Origin: Shigella phage SP21535
Direction: 5' to 3' (one strand)
Sequence record: PQ615101
Length of the DNA stretch: 64,000 nt
This document shows, one piece after another, positions 19,440 through 28,536 of this stretch (its first letter is position 1; every line of letters begins with the position of its first letter). Under the pieces are notes generated by a model. It did not search any database. It was not told the origin of the DNA and worked only from the letters and a program-made list of their open reading frames with translations. Made by a program: the position numbers and the translations under genes.

Positions 19440-19820
19440 ATGAAAATCGCTATTTTGGTTATTGCATTGGGTCTTACTGGTTGTGTAGCTCAAGGACCGG
19501 TAGTAAATCAATCTGATGTAGGAAAAATTGTAAACTGTTCAAGCAAATTTTATAATCCTAATGTTAAGTGTTATAAAGAAGCTCCAAAACAGACAGTAGA
19601 ACAAATGCAGGCGAATTTTGACGAAGCTATTCGTCCAGATGAATCTGCCCAAGCATATCGTAATTCAGATGTAATTACACGCGAAGAAAAAATTGAAAGC
19701 TACTGCGCTGAACTTTGGGCAAATTGGGCTAATAATTACCAATGGCGTACTGGTAAAAATGCTCCGATGGAGTATGTAGTGAATTCTTATAATTCATGTG
19801 TAAAAAATTTGACTAAGTGA
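19440..19820 (+). CDS. Predicted lipoprotein (126 aa; signal peptide with lipobox LTGC)
   Basis: In-frame ATG at 19440 within ORF-track entry 19251..19820, preceded by GGAG; MKIAILVIALGLTGC. Confidence 0.6.
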   Translation: MKIAILVIALGLTGCVAQGPVVNQSDVGKIVNCSSKFYNPNVKCYKEAPKQTVEQMQANFDEAIRPDESAQAYRNSDVITREEKIESYCAELWANWANNYQWRTGKNAPMEYVVNSYNSCVKNLTK

Positions 19821-19827
19821 GGAAAAC

Positions 19828-20079
19828 ATGGAAACTTTAGTAGCAGGTTCAATTTTTATGGTTTTAGTTTCAGGCGTGTTGGCTATTATTATATACATGC
19901 TTCCATGGTTCATCGCCTTGATGCGTGGGTCAAAATCGACAGTAGGAATCTTTTTCACATCTTTACTGTTTAACTGGTCAATCATTGGTTGGTTTATTAC
20001 TTTTATTTGGTCAATTGCTGGTGAAACTAAAAAGTCAACACAGCCAAATCAGGTAATTATCATCAGAGAGAAGGAATGA
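19828..20079 (+). CDS. imm: Superinfection immunity membrane protein Imm
   Basis: ORF track, 83 aa; two hydrophobic helices; position between 43 and 42. Confidence 0.8.
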   Translation: METLVAGSIFMVLVSGVLAIIIYMLPWFIALMRGSKSTVGIFFTSLLFNWSIIGWFITFIWSIAGETKKSTQPNQVIIIREKE

Positions 20080-20232
20080 AAAGCAAAATTTTAGCAGTAT
20101 TGCTTTTAATCTTGATGATTATAATAAGTATATACTATAGTGTAACAGTTCCTTGTATGATTCCAACACTTATTATAGGGTGGAGTTTATTACTGTTACA
20201 AGTTAAATATGAATGCATCAATTGAGGTTTAA

Positions 20233-20973
20233 ATGATTAATAACTCTATGACAGTTGAAGAAATCCGTCTTTATTTGGGAATTGCATTAAAGGAAAAAGA
20301 TTTCGTAATTGATAAAACCGGTGTTAAAACTATTGAAATTATTGGTGCATCATTTGTAGCAGATGAACCTTTTATTTTTGGCGCTCTTAATGATGAATAC
20401 ATTCAGCGTGAACTTGAATGGTATAAGTCTCAAAGTTTGTTTGTTAAAGATATTCCAGGTGAAACGCCAAAGATTTGGCAACAGGTAGCATCTTCTAAAG
20501 GCGAAATTAACTCGAATTATGGTTGGGCCATCTGGTCAGAAGATAACTATGCTCAGTATGACATGTGTTTAGCTGAACTTGGTCAAAATCCTGATTCTCG
20601 ACGTGGTATCATGATTTATACTCGTCCATCTATGCAGTTTGACTACAATAAAGATGGTATGTCAGATTTCATGTGTACGAATACAGTACAGTACCTGATT
20701 CGTGATAAGAAAGTCAATGCAGTGGTTAACATGAGAAGTAATGATTGCTGGGCAGGCTATCGTAATGATTATGCATGGCAAAAATATGTACTAGATAAAT
20801 TAGTATCTGATTTGAATGCAGGTGATTCAACTCGTCAGTATAAAGCAGGTTCCATTATATGGAATGTCGGGAGCCTTCATGTGTATTCCCGTCATTTTTA
20901 TTTGGTTGACCATTGGTGGAAAACTGGCGAAACTCATATTGCGAAAAAAGATTATAACGGTGAGTGGAAATGA
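20233..20973 (+). CDS. 42: dCMP hydroxymethylase gp42
   Basis: ORF track, 246 aa (the T4 length); thymidylate-synthase-like fold. Confidence 0.9.
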   Translation: MINNSMTVEEIRLYLGIALKEKDFVIDKTGVKTIEIIGASFVADEPFIFGALNDEYIQRELEWYKSQSLFVKDIPGETPKIWQQVASSKGEINSNYGWAIWSEDNYAQYDMCLAELGQNPDSRRGIMIYTRPSMQFDYNKDGMSDFMCTNTVQYLIRDKKVNAVVNMRSNDCWAGYRNDYAWQKYVLDKLVSDLNAGDSTRQYKAGSIIWNVGSLHVYSRHFYLVDHWWKTGETHIAKKDYNGEWK

Positions 20974-21812
20974 TTCAATTCGTAATTCCAAGCTATCAAC
21001 GCGTAGGGGCAGTTTCTGCCCTTGATATGTTTCCGACTGATTATGAACCTCATATTGTAGTACGTGAACATGAAGAAAAAGCTTATTATGACGCTTACGG
21101 GTCTAGAGCTAAAATTATAACTATTCCTGATGATGTTAATGGAATTGCTGGTACTCGTAAAGCAATTACTGATATGTATGCAGGTCAACGAATTTGGATG
21201 ATTGATGATGATACTACTATTCGTATGAGTTCAATACGAAAGAGAGACGATAAACGGCGTGTAGATAAAGTCAATCAATTGACTCGTGAGCAATTCTATG
21301 AATTAATTCAATACGTTGAGGATGCAATGGATTGCGGGTATTATCATGGTCATGCTCGTTTACCAATTTTTAAAATTACTTCATCTTGGGGTAATTATCG
21401 TGAAAATTCATATGGATTCACGAATACATGGTATGATTTAGGAAAACTTACAACAGAACAAATTGGGTATGGAAAAATTGATTTATGTGAAGATATGTAT
21501 GCATTTCTCAATTTAATTAATCAAGGTTATCCGCATTTGGCCTTGTTCAAATATCTAGTTGTATCTGGAAAAGCACAAGCTCCTGGCGGATGTAGTTCAA
21601 TTCGTAGTAATTCAAAACATAATAGAGCTCTTGAGCAAATCAATAGAGAGTTTCCAGAGCAAGCTCGTTGGAAAACATCGAATATTGAAAAACGAAAATC
21701 GTTGGGTGAAGAAGATGAACCGCTAAAGGTTCTTCGCATGTGTGTTTCGCGTAAAGAAAAATCAGAAGCATTTCATAAGTTTAATGCTATTCATCCAATA
21801 GCAGTTGATTAA
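20970..21812 (+). CDS. Putative glycosyltransferase with a DxD-type motif at the T4 beta-gt locus (candidate HMC-DNA glucosyltransferase)
   Basis: ORF track 20964..21812; ATG at 20970 overlaps the gene 42 stop; IWMIDDDTT motif; 280 aa, unlike the 351-aa T4 beta-gt. Confidence 0.55.
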   Translation: MIQFVIPSYQRVGAVSALDMFPTDYEPHIVVREHEEKAYYDAYGSRAKIITIPDDVNGIAGTRKAITDMYAGQRIWMIDDDTTIRMSSIRKRDDKRRVDKVNQLTREQFYELIQYVEDAMDCGYYHGHARLPIFKITSSWGNYRENSYGFTNTWYDLGKLTTEQIGYGKIDLCEDMYAFLNLINQGYPHLALFKYLVVSGKAQAPGGCSSIRSNSKHNRALEQINREFPEQARWKTSNIEKRKSLGEEDEPLKVLRMCVSRKEKSEAFHKFNAIHPIAVD

Positions 21813-21889
21813 TGCCTAAATTTATTGTGTTATAATTACCCTATCTTTAACCAGTGAGGAAAATATAATGATGCTTATGGAAAAAATGA

Positions 21890-22819
21890 ATGTCTATTGC
21901 AGATTTAAAATCCCGTTTGATTAAAGCTTCCACTTCTAAAATGACTGCTGAACTGACTACATCTAAATTCTTTAATGAAAAGGATGTAATCCGTACAAAA
22001 ATCCCAATGCTTAATATCGCTATTTCTGGCGCGATTGATGGCGGCATGCAGTCTGGTTTAACTATTTTCGCAGGGCCTTCTAAACACTTTAAATCAAATA
22101 TGTCTTTGACTATGGTTGCGGCATATTTAAACAAATATCATGACGCAGTTTGTCTATTCTATGATAGCGAATTTGGTATTACTCCAGCTTATTTGCGATC
22201 CATGGGAGTTGACCCGGAACGAGTAATTCATACGCCAATTCAGTCAGTTGAACAGCTGAAAATTGATATGGTGAACCAGCTTGAAGCTATTGAGCGTGGT
22301 GAAAAGGTTATTGTATTCATCGACTCAATCGGTAATATGGCTTCTAAGAAAGAAACGGAAGATGCCTTGAATGAAAAATCTGTGGCAGATATGACTCGTG
22401 CTAAATCACTGAAGTCATTATTCCGTATTGTTACTCCTTATTTTAGCATTAAAAATATTCCATGTGTTGCGGTTAACCATACAATTGAAACAATTGAACT
22501 GTTTAGTAAAACCGTGATGACAGGTGGTTGTGTTATTGCTGGTACTAAAATCCAGATGTCCGATGGTTCTACTAAAGCAGTTGAAGATATTCGTCCAGGT
22601 GAGCGTGTTAAAACCATGGTCGGTGATAATGAAGTAACTTATGTTTGGGACCCCGAAACTCTGGCTGAAGGTACTCCTGAATGTTTCGAAATTGAATTCG
22701 AAGACGGTTATAAAGTAACTACTTCAGATACTCACAAGTTCCTGGTAATGGTTAAAGACATTCCAACTTGGGTTGAAGCTAAAGATTTAGTAGCTGGAAT
22801 GGATTGTGTTGTAAGGTAA
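21890..22819 (+). CDS. uvsX: UvsX recombinase N-terminal fragment (213 aa) fused in frame to an N-terminal split-intein half (96 aa); ends in tandem TAA TAA
   Basis: ORF track; residues 1-213 match the T4 UvsX N-terminus through ...SKTVMTGG, then Cys plus intein blocks A and B. Confidence 0.85.
   Translation: MSIADLKSRLIKASTSKMTAELTTSKFFNEKDVIRTKIPMLNIAISGAIDGGMQSGLTIFAGPSKHFKSNMSLTMVAAYLNKYHDAVCLFYDSEFGITPAYLRSMGVDPERVIHTPIQSVEQLKIDMVNQLEAIERGEKVIVFIDSIGNMASKKETEDALNEKSVADMTRAKSLKSLFRIVTPYFSIKNIPCVAVNHTIETIELFSKTVMTGGCVIAGTKIQMSDGSTKAVEDIRPGERVKTMVGDNEVTYVWDPETLAEGTPECFEIEFEDGYKVTTSDTHKFLVMVKDIPTWVEAKDLVAGMDCVVR
22529..22816 (+). mobile_element. Split intein, N-terminal half (Hint blocks A and B)
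   Basis: CVIAGTKIQMSDGSTKAVEDIRPGERV (block A) and TTSDTHKFLV...TWVEAKDLVAGMDCV (block B). Confidence 0.8.
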
Positions 22820-22824
22820 TAAAT

Positions 22825-22862
22825 ATGGGTACCGGACTAATGTATATTTTTGAGGTACCCAT
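22825..22862 (+). promoter_or_regulatory. Hairpin (9-bp stem ATGGGTACC/GGTACCCAT, 20-nt loop) occluding the endonuclease RBS and abutting its ATG
   Basis: Perfect inverted repeat at 22825-22833 and 22854-22862; SD-like GAGGT at 22852-22856 lies in the 3' arm. Confidence 0.6.
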
Positions 22863-23585
22863 ATGAATTTTGTCTATAAAATTGTGTTCAACGATAGAAT
22901 TAAAAACGGCACTCCGCCATATTACTACATAGGGAGCAAGACAAATGCTTCTTATGTAGATGGTAAGATTATTGACGCCCACGGTCGTGAGTACTATGGC
23001 TCATCGAGATATCCCGGATATCATGATTTTATCAATAATGTTACTGTTGAAATATTGGAGCAATATGATGATATTAAACACACTAAACTGCTAGAGCGCG
23101 AAAATTTCTATCAGAAACAAGTAAATGTTAAAACAAATCCAGATTATTTTAATTTAGATTATGCTTGTGGGCATAATTCATATGCTAATGCTGATTTTGC
23201 ATCATACAAGCATTATATAACAGGTAAATGTATTCGTCTTGAAAGAAACCATCCGCTTGTTAAATCTGGTGTGTATGTTGGCGTCACAAAAGGCGTGAAA
23301 TCTTCTGATGAACACCGCAAGCACATATCAGAAGGTATTACCGGAGAAAACAATGGGTTCTATGGTAAGAAACACACTAAAGAAACAATTAATAAAATAT
23401 CAGAAAAAGCAAAGAAAAGATTAAAGCATTCCCATCCTAGACAAAAAGGTGTTATCATAAACGGTATTGAATACCGGGGCGTCAGACCTGCTGCAAGAGC
23501 GTTGGGAATTAATCCTAACACAATTATCAACAAAATTAAAGCTAATATAAAAGGATGGGCTTATGCAGTAGATGCACGCGGTTAA
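22863..23585 (+). CDS. Free-standing GIY-YIG homing endonuclease between the two uvsX intein halves
   Basis: ORF track, 240 aa; YKIVFN...YYYIGSKTN (GIY-YIG); basic repeat-rich C-terminal region. Confidence 0.8.
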   Translation: MNFVYKIVFNDRIKNGTPPYYYIGSKTNASYVDGKIIDAHGREYYGSSRYPGYHDFINNVTVEILEQYDDIKHTKLLERENFYQKQVNVKTNPDYFNLDYACGHNSYANADFASYKHYITGKCIRLERNHPLVKSGVYVGVTKGVKSSDEHRKHISEGITGENNGFYGKKHTKETINKISEKAKKRLKHSHPRQKGVIINGIEYRGVRPAARALGINPNTIINKIKANIKGWAYAVDARG

Positions 23586-23693
23586 GGCATTCGAAGATAT
23601 GGTAAAAGAATTTGGAATGAACATGACAATCAAGATTATGCTTTCATGAAATATGTATATTGAAACTAGCTACTACGAAACACAAGGTAAAGT

Positions 23694-23798
23694 ATGAAAA
23701 TTAAATCTGTTAAATCTGTTGGTAAAAAAGAAGTCTATGATTTGTCTGTTGCTGACGTCGAGCATTATGTTTTAGAAAATGGTATCGTTACACACAAC
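23694..23798 (+). mobile_element. Split intein, C-terminal half (blocks F and G, ending HN, with +1 Thr)
   Basis: VYDLSV...HYVLENGIVTHN followed by T. Confidence 0.8.
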
Positions 23799-24341
23799 AC
23801 AGGCGTAATGTATTCGGCTGATACTGTATTCATTATCGGTAAGCGCCAGATTAAAGATGGTTCTGATCTTCAGGGGTATCAATTTGTTCTAAATGTAGAA
23901 AAATCTCGTACCGTTAAAGAAAAAAGTAAATTCTTTATTGATGTTAAATTTGACGGTGGCATCGATCCTTATTCTGGATTGTTAGATATGGCTCTTGAAT
24001 TAGGATTTGTGGTAAAACCTAAAAATGGCTGGTATGCTCGTGAATTTCTTGACGAAGAAACAGGCGAGATGATTCGCGAAGAAAAATCTTGGCGTGCAAA
24101 AGATACCAACTGCACTACATTCTGGGGTCCTTTATTTAAGCATCAGCCATTCCGAGATGCTATTAAACGTGCTTATCAGTTAGGTGCTATTGATAGTAAT
24201 GAAATTGTTGAAGCTGAAGTTGATGAATTAATTAACTCAAAGGTTGAAAAATTTAAATCTCCAGAAAGTAAAAGTAAATCAGCAGCTGATTTAGAAACTG
24301 ACCTAGATCAGTTAAGTGATATGGAAGAATTTAATGAATAA
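23694..24341 (+). CDS. uvsX: C-terminal split-intein half (35 aa) fused to the UvsX C-terminal fragment (180 aa)
   Basis: ORF track; MKIKSVKSVGKKEVYDLSVADVEHYVLENGIVTHN then TGVMYSADTVFIIGKRQ..., which matches the T4 UvsX C-terminus. Confidence 0.85.
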   Translation: MKIKSVKSVGKKEVYDLSVADVEHYVLENGIVTHNTGVMYSADTVFIIGKRQIKDGSDLQGYQFVLNVEKSRTVKEKSKFFIDVKFDGGIDPYSGLLDMALELGFVVKPKNGWYAREFLDEETGEMIREEKSWRAKDTNCTTFWGPLFKHQPFRDAIKRAYQLGAIDSNEIVEAEVDELINSKVEKFKSPESKSKSAADLETDLDQLSDMEEFNE

Positions 24342-24678
24342 AGATGATTTAGATTTAGATCTAGAAATTATCGATGAATCCCCCTCTTCGGAGGGGGAAG
24401 AAGAAAGAAAAGAGCGTCTTTTTAATGAATCTCTTAAGATAATTAAATCTGCTATGGAAAATGTTATCCAGGAGATTGTCATTAAACTAGAAGATGGTTC
24501 TACACATATAGTGTATGTAACTAAACTGGATTGGGTTGATGGAAAGGTTGTAATGGACTTTGCTGTTCTTGACCAAGAAAGAAAAGCTGAGTTAGCTCCT
24601 CATGTAGAAAAATGTATTACAATGCAACTACAAGATGCATTTAATAAAAGGTCAAAGAAAAAATTTAAATTCTTTTAA
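24334..24678 (+). CDS. 40: Head assembly protein gp40
   Basis: ORF track 24316..24678; ATG at 24334 overlaps the uvsX stop; position between uvsX and 41. Confidence 0.65.
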   Translation: MNKDDLDLDLEIIDESPSSEGEEERKERLFNESLKIIKSAMENVIQEIVIKLEDGSTHIVYVTKLDWVDGKVVMDFAVLDQERKAELAPHVEKCITMQLQDAFNKRSKKKFKFF

Positions 24679-24687
24679 GGAGTAAGT

Positions 24688-26115
24688 GTGGTAGAAATTA
24701 TTCTTTCTCATCTCATATTTGATCAAGCTTATTTTTCAAAAGTTTGGCCATATATGGATTCAGAATATTTTGAAAGTGGTCCAGCTAAAAATACATTCAA
24801 ATTAATTAAATCTCATGTCAATGAGTATCATAGCGTTCCATCTATTAATGCGTTAAATGTTGCATTAGAAAATAGTTCATTTACTGAAACAGAATATTCT
24901 GGTGTAAAAACACTTATTTCAAAACTGGCTGATTCTCCGGAAGACCACAGCTGGTTAGTAAAAGAAACAGAAAAATATGTTCAGCAAAGGGCGATGTTTA
25001 ATGCTACGTCTAAAATAATCGAAATTCAAACTAATGCTGAGCTTTCTCCGGAAAAACGAAATAAGAAAATGCCGGATGTTGGTGCTATTCCTGACATCAT
25101 GCGCCAAGCATTATCAATTTCATTTGATAGCTACGTTGGTCATGATTGGATGGATGACTACGAAGCACGTTGGCTATCTTATATGAATAAAGCTCGTAAG
25201 GTTCCATTTAAACTCAAAATTCTAAATAAAATTACTAAAGGCGGAGCTGAGACTGGAACACTGAACGTTTTAATGGCTGGTGTTAACGTTGGTAAGTCAT
25301 TAGGTCTATGTTCATTGGCAGCAGATTATTTGCAGCTCGGACATAATGTTCTTTACATTTCCATGGAAATGGCTGAAGAAGTTTGTGCTAAACGTATTGA
25401 CGCTAATATGCTTGATGTTTCTCTTGATGACATTGATGATGGGCATATTTCTTACGCTGAATATAAAGGAAAAATGGAAAAATGGCGTGAGAAATCTACT
25501 CTTGGTCGTTTAATCGTTAAACAGTATCCTACTGGTGGAGCAGATGCTAACACATTCAGGTCTCTCTTGAATGAATTGAAGCTCAAGAAGAATTTTGTTC
25601 CAACAATCATTATTGTCGACTATCTAGGTATTTGTAAATCTTGCCGCATTAGAATTTATTCAGAAAATAGTTACACAACTGTTAAAGCTATTGCAGAAGA
25701 ATTGCGTGCTCTGGCTGTTGAAACCGAAACTGTTCTTTGGACTGCAGCACAGGTTGGTAAACAAGCTTGGGATTCTTCTGATGTTAACATGAGTGATATT
25801 GCAGAATCCGCCGGTCTTCCAGCAACAGCCGATTTTATGCTTGCGGTCATTGAAACTGAGGAGTTAGCAGCTGCTGAACAACAACTCATTAAGCAAATCA
25901 AATCACGATATGGTGATAAGAATAAATGGAATAAGTTTTTGATGGGTGTTCAAAAAGGAAATCAAAAATGGGTAGAAATTGAGCAAGATTCTACTCCAAC
26001 TGAAGTGAACGAAGTAACAGGTTCACAACAGATACAAGCTGAGCAGAATCGCTATCAAAGAAATGAATCTACTCGAGCCCAGTTAGATGCTTTAGCAAAT
26101 GAATTAAAATTTTAG
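24688..26115 (+). CDS. 41: Replicative DNA helicase gp41 (DnaB-like)
   Basis: ORF track, 475 aa (the T4 length); GTG start; Walker A GVNVGKS. Confidence 0.9.
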   Translation: MVEIILSHLIFDQAYFSKVWPYMDSEYFESGPAKNTFKLIKSHVNEYHSVPSINALNVALENSSFTETEYSGVKTLISKLADSPEDHSWLVKETEKYVQQRAMFNATSKIIEIQTNAELSPEKRNKKMPDVGAIPDIMRQALSISFDSYVGHDWMDDYEARWLSYMNKARKVPFKLKILNKITKGGAETGTLNVLMAGVNVGKSLGLCSLAADYLQLGHNVLYISMEMAEEVCAKRIDANMLDVSLDDIDDGHISYAEYKGKMEKWREKSTLGRLIVKQYPTGGADANTFRSLLNELKLKKNFVPTIIIVDYLGICKSCRIRIYSENSYTTVKAIAEELRALAVETETVLWTAAQVGKQAWDSSDVNMSDIAESAGLPATADFMLAVIETEELAAAEQQLIKQIKSRYGDKNKWNKFLMGVQKGNQKWVEIEQDSTPTEVNEVTGSQQIQAEQNRYQRNESTRAQLDALANELKF

Positions 26116-26144
26116 TTTACAAGCTGACAAGACTATGGTATAGT
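26115..26144 (+). promoter_or_regulatory. T4 early-type promoter (GTTTAC, 18-nt spacer, TGGTATAGT)
   Basis: -35 at 26115-26120; -10 TATAGT at 26139-26144. Confidence 0.5.
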
Positions 26145-26172
26145 AGTCTTGTTGGTTAAATGAGGAGATGTT

Positions 26173-26355
26173 ATGGAATTGGTAAAGGTAGTTTTTATGG
26201 GGTGGTTTAAGAATAAAAGCATGTTTACTAAAGAAATCACAATGATGAAAGATGACGTTCAATGGGCTACTACTCAATATGCTGAAGTTAATAAAGCATT
26301 AGTTAAAGCTTTCATTGATGGCAAGAAAGTATGTGAAGTTGATTGTCGAGGGTAA
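26173..26355 (+). CDS. dmd: Dmd-like 60-aa protein (antitoxin against host RnlA/LsoA in T4)
   Basis: ORF track, 60 aa; position adjacent to gene 41; recognised sequence. Confidence 0.65.
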   Translation: MELVKVVFMGWFKNKSMFTKEITMMKDDVQWATTQYAEVNKALVKAFIDGKKVCEVDCRG

Positions 26356-26356
26356 T

Positions 26357-26614
26357 ATGCATATTGTTTTATTTAAACCTACTCCGTATAATGTCAGGAA
26401 AAATACTCAATTCAAAGCACTTGTTGCAGATACGTGGGAATTGGTGTTAGATATTCCACCAGAAGAAAGTCCTCCATTTGGTCGAGTGGAATTTATTAAG
26501 TTTGCTGTTCGCCCTACGAAGCGGCAGATTCGTCAGTGTAAAAGGTATTTTCGTAAGATCGTTAAGCTAGAGAAACAGTTTGTAACATGTGATTACGCAA
26601 AAGTTTTAAAATAA
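26357..26614 (+). CDS. Hypothetical protein (85 aa)
   Basis: ORF track 26315..26614; ATG at 26357 follows the dmd stop. Confidence 0.45.
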   Translation: MHIVLFKPTPYNVRKNTQFKALVADTWELVLDIPPEESPPFGRVEFIKFAVRPTKRQIRQCKRYFRKIVKLEKQFVTCDYAKVLK

Positions 26615-26616
26615 CT

Positions 26617-26646
26617 GTTTACTTTTATTGGAAATTGAGATACTAT
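26617..26646 (+). promoter_or_regulatory. T4 early-type promoter (GTTTAC, 18-nt spacer, TACTAT)
   Basis: -35 at 26617-26622; -10 at 26641-26646. Confidence 0.5.
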
Positions 26647-26675
26647 ATAAACATAAACTACTGAGGAGATTAATC

Positions 26676-26969
26676 ATGAAAAAATTTATCTTTGCTACAA
26701 TTTTTGCTTTAGCTTCTTGTGCTGCTCAGCCTGCTATGGCAGGTTATGATAAAGATTTGTGCGAATGGTCTATGACTGCGGATCAGACTGAGGTTGAAAC
26801 TCAAATTGAAGCGGATATTATGAATATCGTTGAACGTGATCGTCCTGAAATGAAAGCTGAAGTGCAAAAACAGCTTAAGTCTGGTGGTGTAATGCAGTAT
26901 AATTATGTTCTATATTGCGATAAAAACTTTAATAATAAAAATATCATCGCTGAAGTGGTAGGTGAGTAA
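26676..26969 (+). CDS. sp: Spackle-like periplasmic protein (signal peptide)
   Basis: ORF track 26628..26969; ATG at 26676 after GAGGAG gives 97 aa, MKKFIFATIFALASCAAQPAMA... Confidence 0.65.
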   Translation: MKKFIFATIFALASCAAQPAMAGYDKDLCEWSMTADQTEVETQIEADIMNIVERDRPEMKAEVQKQLKSGGVMQYNYVLYCDKNFNNKNIIAEVVGE

Positions 26970-26981
26970 TTAGAGGTTAAT

Positions 26982-27338
26982 ATGTATAGTTCTGAATTTT
27001 CATATTTAAAAATGGAAAAAATTTCATACGATTTTATAGATGAAAAGGTTTATTACAGTTTCCATGAACCGCGTTTTAATAGTGAGGTTGGGTTTATTGT
27101 AGTAAAAGACAATTTCATTTTAAAAATATATTCAGCATTAAAGGATTTTCATTACGAAAATATTAACCTAAAATTTAATAAAGAAAACGTTCGTAATTGC
27201 GCAGTAACAATTACAGGAAATAAAGGTACATGTGTTATGCTATCTGATGAAATTAATGATTTGCTAAATGATGCAGAAAATATTACTGCACCATCTATTG
27301 ATGACCAAATTTTTAATGCTTTTATGAATAGAGGTTAA
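26982..27338 (+). CDS. Hypothetical protein (118 aa)
   Basis: ORF track. Confidence 0.5.
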   Translation: MYSSEFSYLKMEKISYDFIDEKVYYSFHEPRFNSEVGFIVVKDNFILKIYSALKDFHYENINLKFNKENVRNCAVTITGNKGTCVMLSDEINDLLNDAENITAPSIDDQIFNAFMNRG

Positions 27339-27507
27339 TATGAAAACATATAAAGAATTTATTAAAGAAGATATGGTAGCTGGAGATTCAGGTGGTAATC
27401 CTGAAAATATCTCTACTGGAACAACGTCAGGCGCTGTAGTAAATAAAGGTCCTGAACAGATTCCTAAAAAGAAAAAAGAGGAATCTAAAGAAAAAGAAGA
27501 GTAAAAA

Positions 27508-28536
27508 ATGTCATCAATACCTTGGATTGATAATGAGTTTGCATATCGTGCGCTAGCTCATTTACCTAAATTCACACAAGTAAATAATAGTTCAACTTTT
27601 AAATTACGGTTTAGATGCCCTGTTTGTGGAGATTCAAAAACCGATCAAAATAAAGCCCGTGGATGGTATTATGGTGATAACAATGAAGGAAATATTCATT
27701 GTTATAACTGTAACTATCATGCACCAATCGGAATATATCTAAAGGAGTTTGAACCTGATTTATATCGTGAGTATATCTTTGAAATAAGAAAAGAAAAAGG
27801 TAAAAGTCGTCCAGTAGAAAAACCTAAAGAACTTCCTAAACAACCTGAGAAGAAAATAATTAAATCTCTTCCGTCATGTGTTAGATTAGATAAACTGGCG
27901 GAAGACCATCCAATTATAAAATATGTAAAAGCTCGTTGTATTCCAAAGGATAAATGGAAATATCTTTGGTTTACAACCGAATGGCCTAAATTGGTTAATA
28001 GCATAGTACCGGGAACATATAAAAAGGAAATTTCTGAGCCTCGTCTTGTTATTCCAATTTATAATGCTAATGGAAAGGCTGAGTCTTTTCAAGGACGCGC
28101 ATTAAAGAAAGATGCTCCACAAAAGTATATCACCATCAAAGCTTATCCTGAGGCAACAAAAATCTATGGAGTCGAACGAGTTAAAGATGGTGATGTATAT
28201 GTTCTAGAAGGACCTATAGATTCACTTTTTATTGAAAATGGTATAGCCATTACGGGTGGTCAATTAGACCTAGAAGTTGTTCCATTTAAAGATAGACGAG
28301 TGTGGGTCTTAGATAATGAACCTCGTCACCCTGACACTATTAAACGAATGACTAAATTAGTTGATGCAGGAGAAAGGGTTATGTTTTGGGATAAATCTCC
28401 CTGGAAATCAAAAGATGTTAATGATATGATTAGAAAGGAAGGTGCAACCCCTGAACAAATTATGGAATATATGAAAAATAATATTGCCCAGGGGTTAATG
28501 GCTAAAATGCGGTTATCTAAATATGCTAAGATTTAA
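27508..28536 (+). CDS. 61: DNA primase gp61
   Basis: ORF track, 342 aa (the T4 length); zinc-binding CPVCG...CYNC. Confidence 0.9.
   Translation: MSSIPWIDNEFAYRALAHLPKFTQVNNSSTFKLRFRCPVCGDSKTDQNKARGWYYGDNNEGNIHCYNCNYHAPIGIYLKEFEPDLYREYIFEIRKEKGKSRPVEKPKELPKQPEKKIIKSLPSCVRLDKLAEDHPIIKYVKARCIPKDKWKYLWFTTEWPKLVNSIVPGTYKKEISEPRLVIPIYNANGKAESFQGRALKKDAPQKYITIKAYPEATKIYGVERVKDGDVYVLEGPIDSLFIENGIAITGGQLDLEVVPFKDRRVWVLDNEPRHPDTIKRMTKLVDAGERVMFWDKSPWKSKDVNDMIRKEGATPEQIMEYMKNNIAQGLMAKMRLSKYAKI

Noticed and set aside
21868-21924. Short upstream ORF (MMLMEKMNVYCRFKIPFD) overlapping the uvsX start in another frame
   Set aside because: It may only reflect the RBS region of uvsX; there is no independent support for a regulatory uORF.
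22817-22826. Possible late promoter (AATAAATA) before the uvsX-embedded endonuclease
   Set aside because: The first position differs from the strict TATAAATA late consensus; not called.
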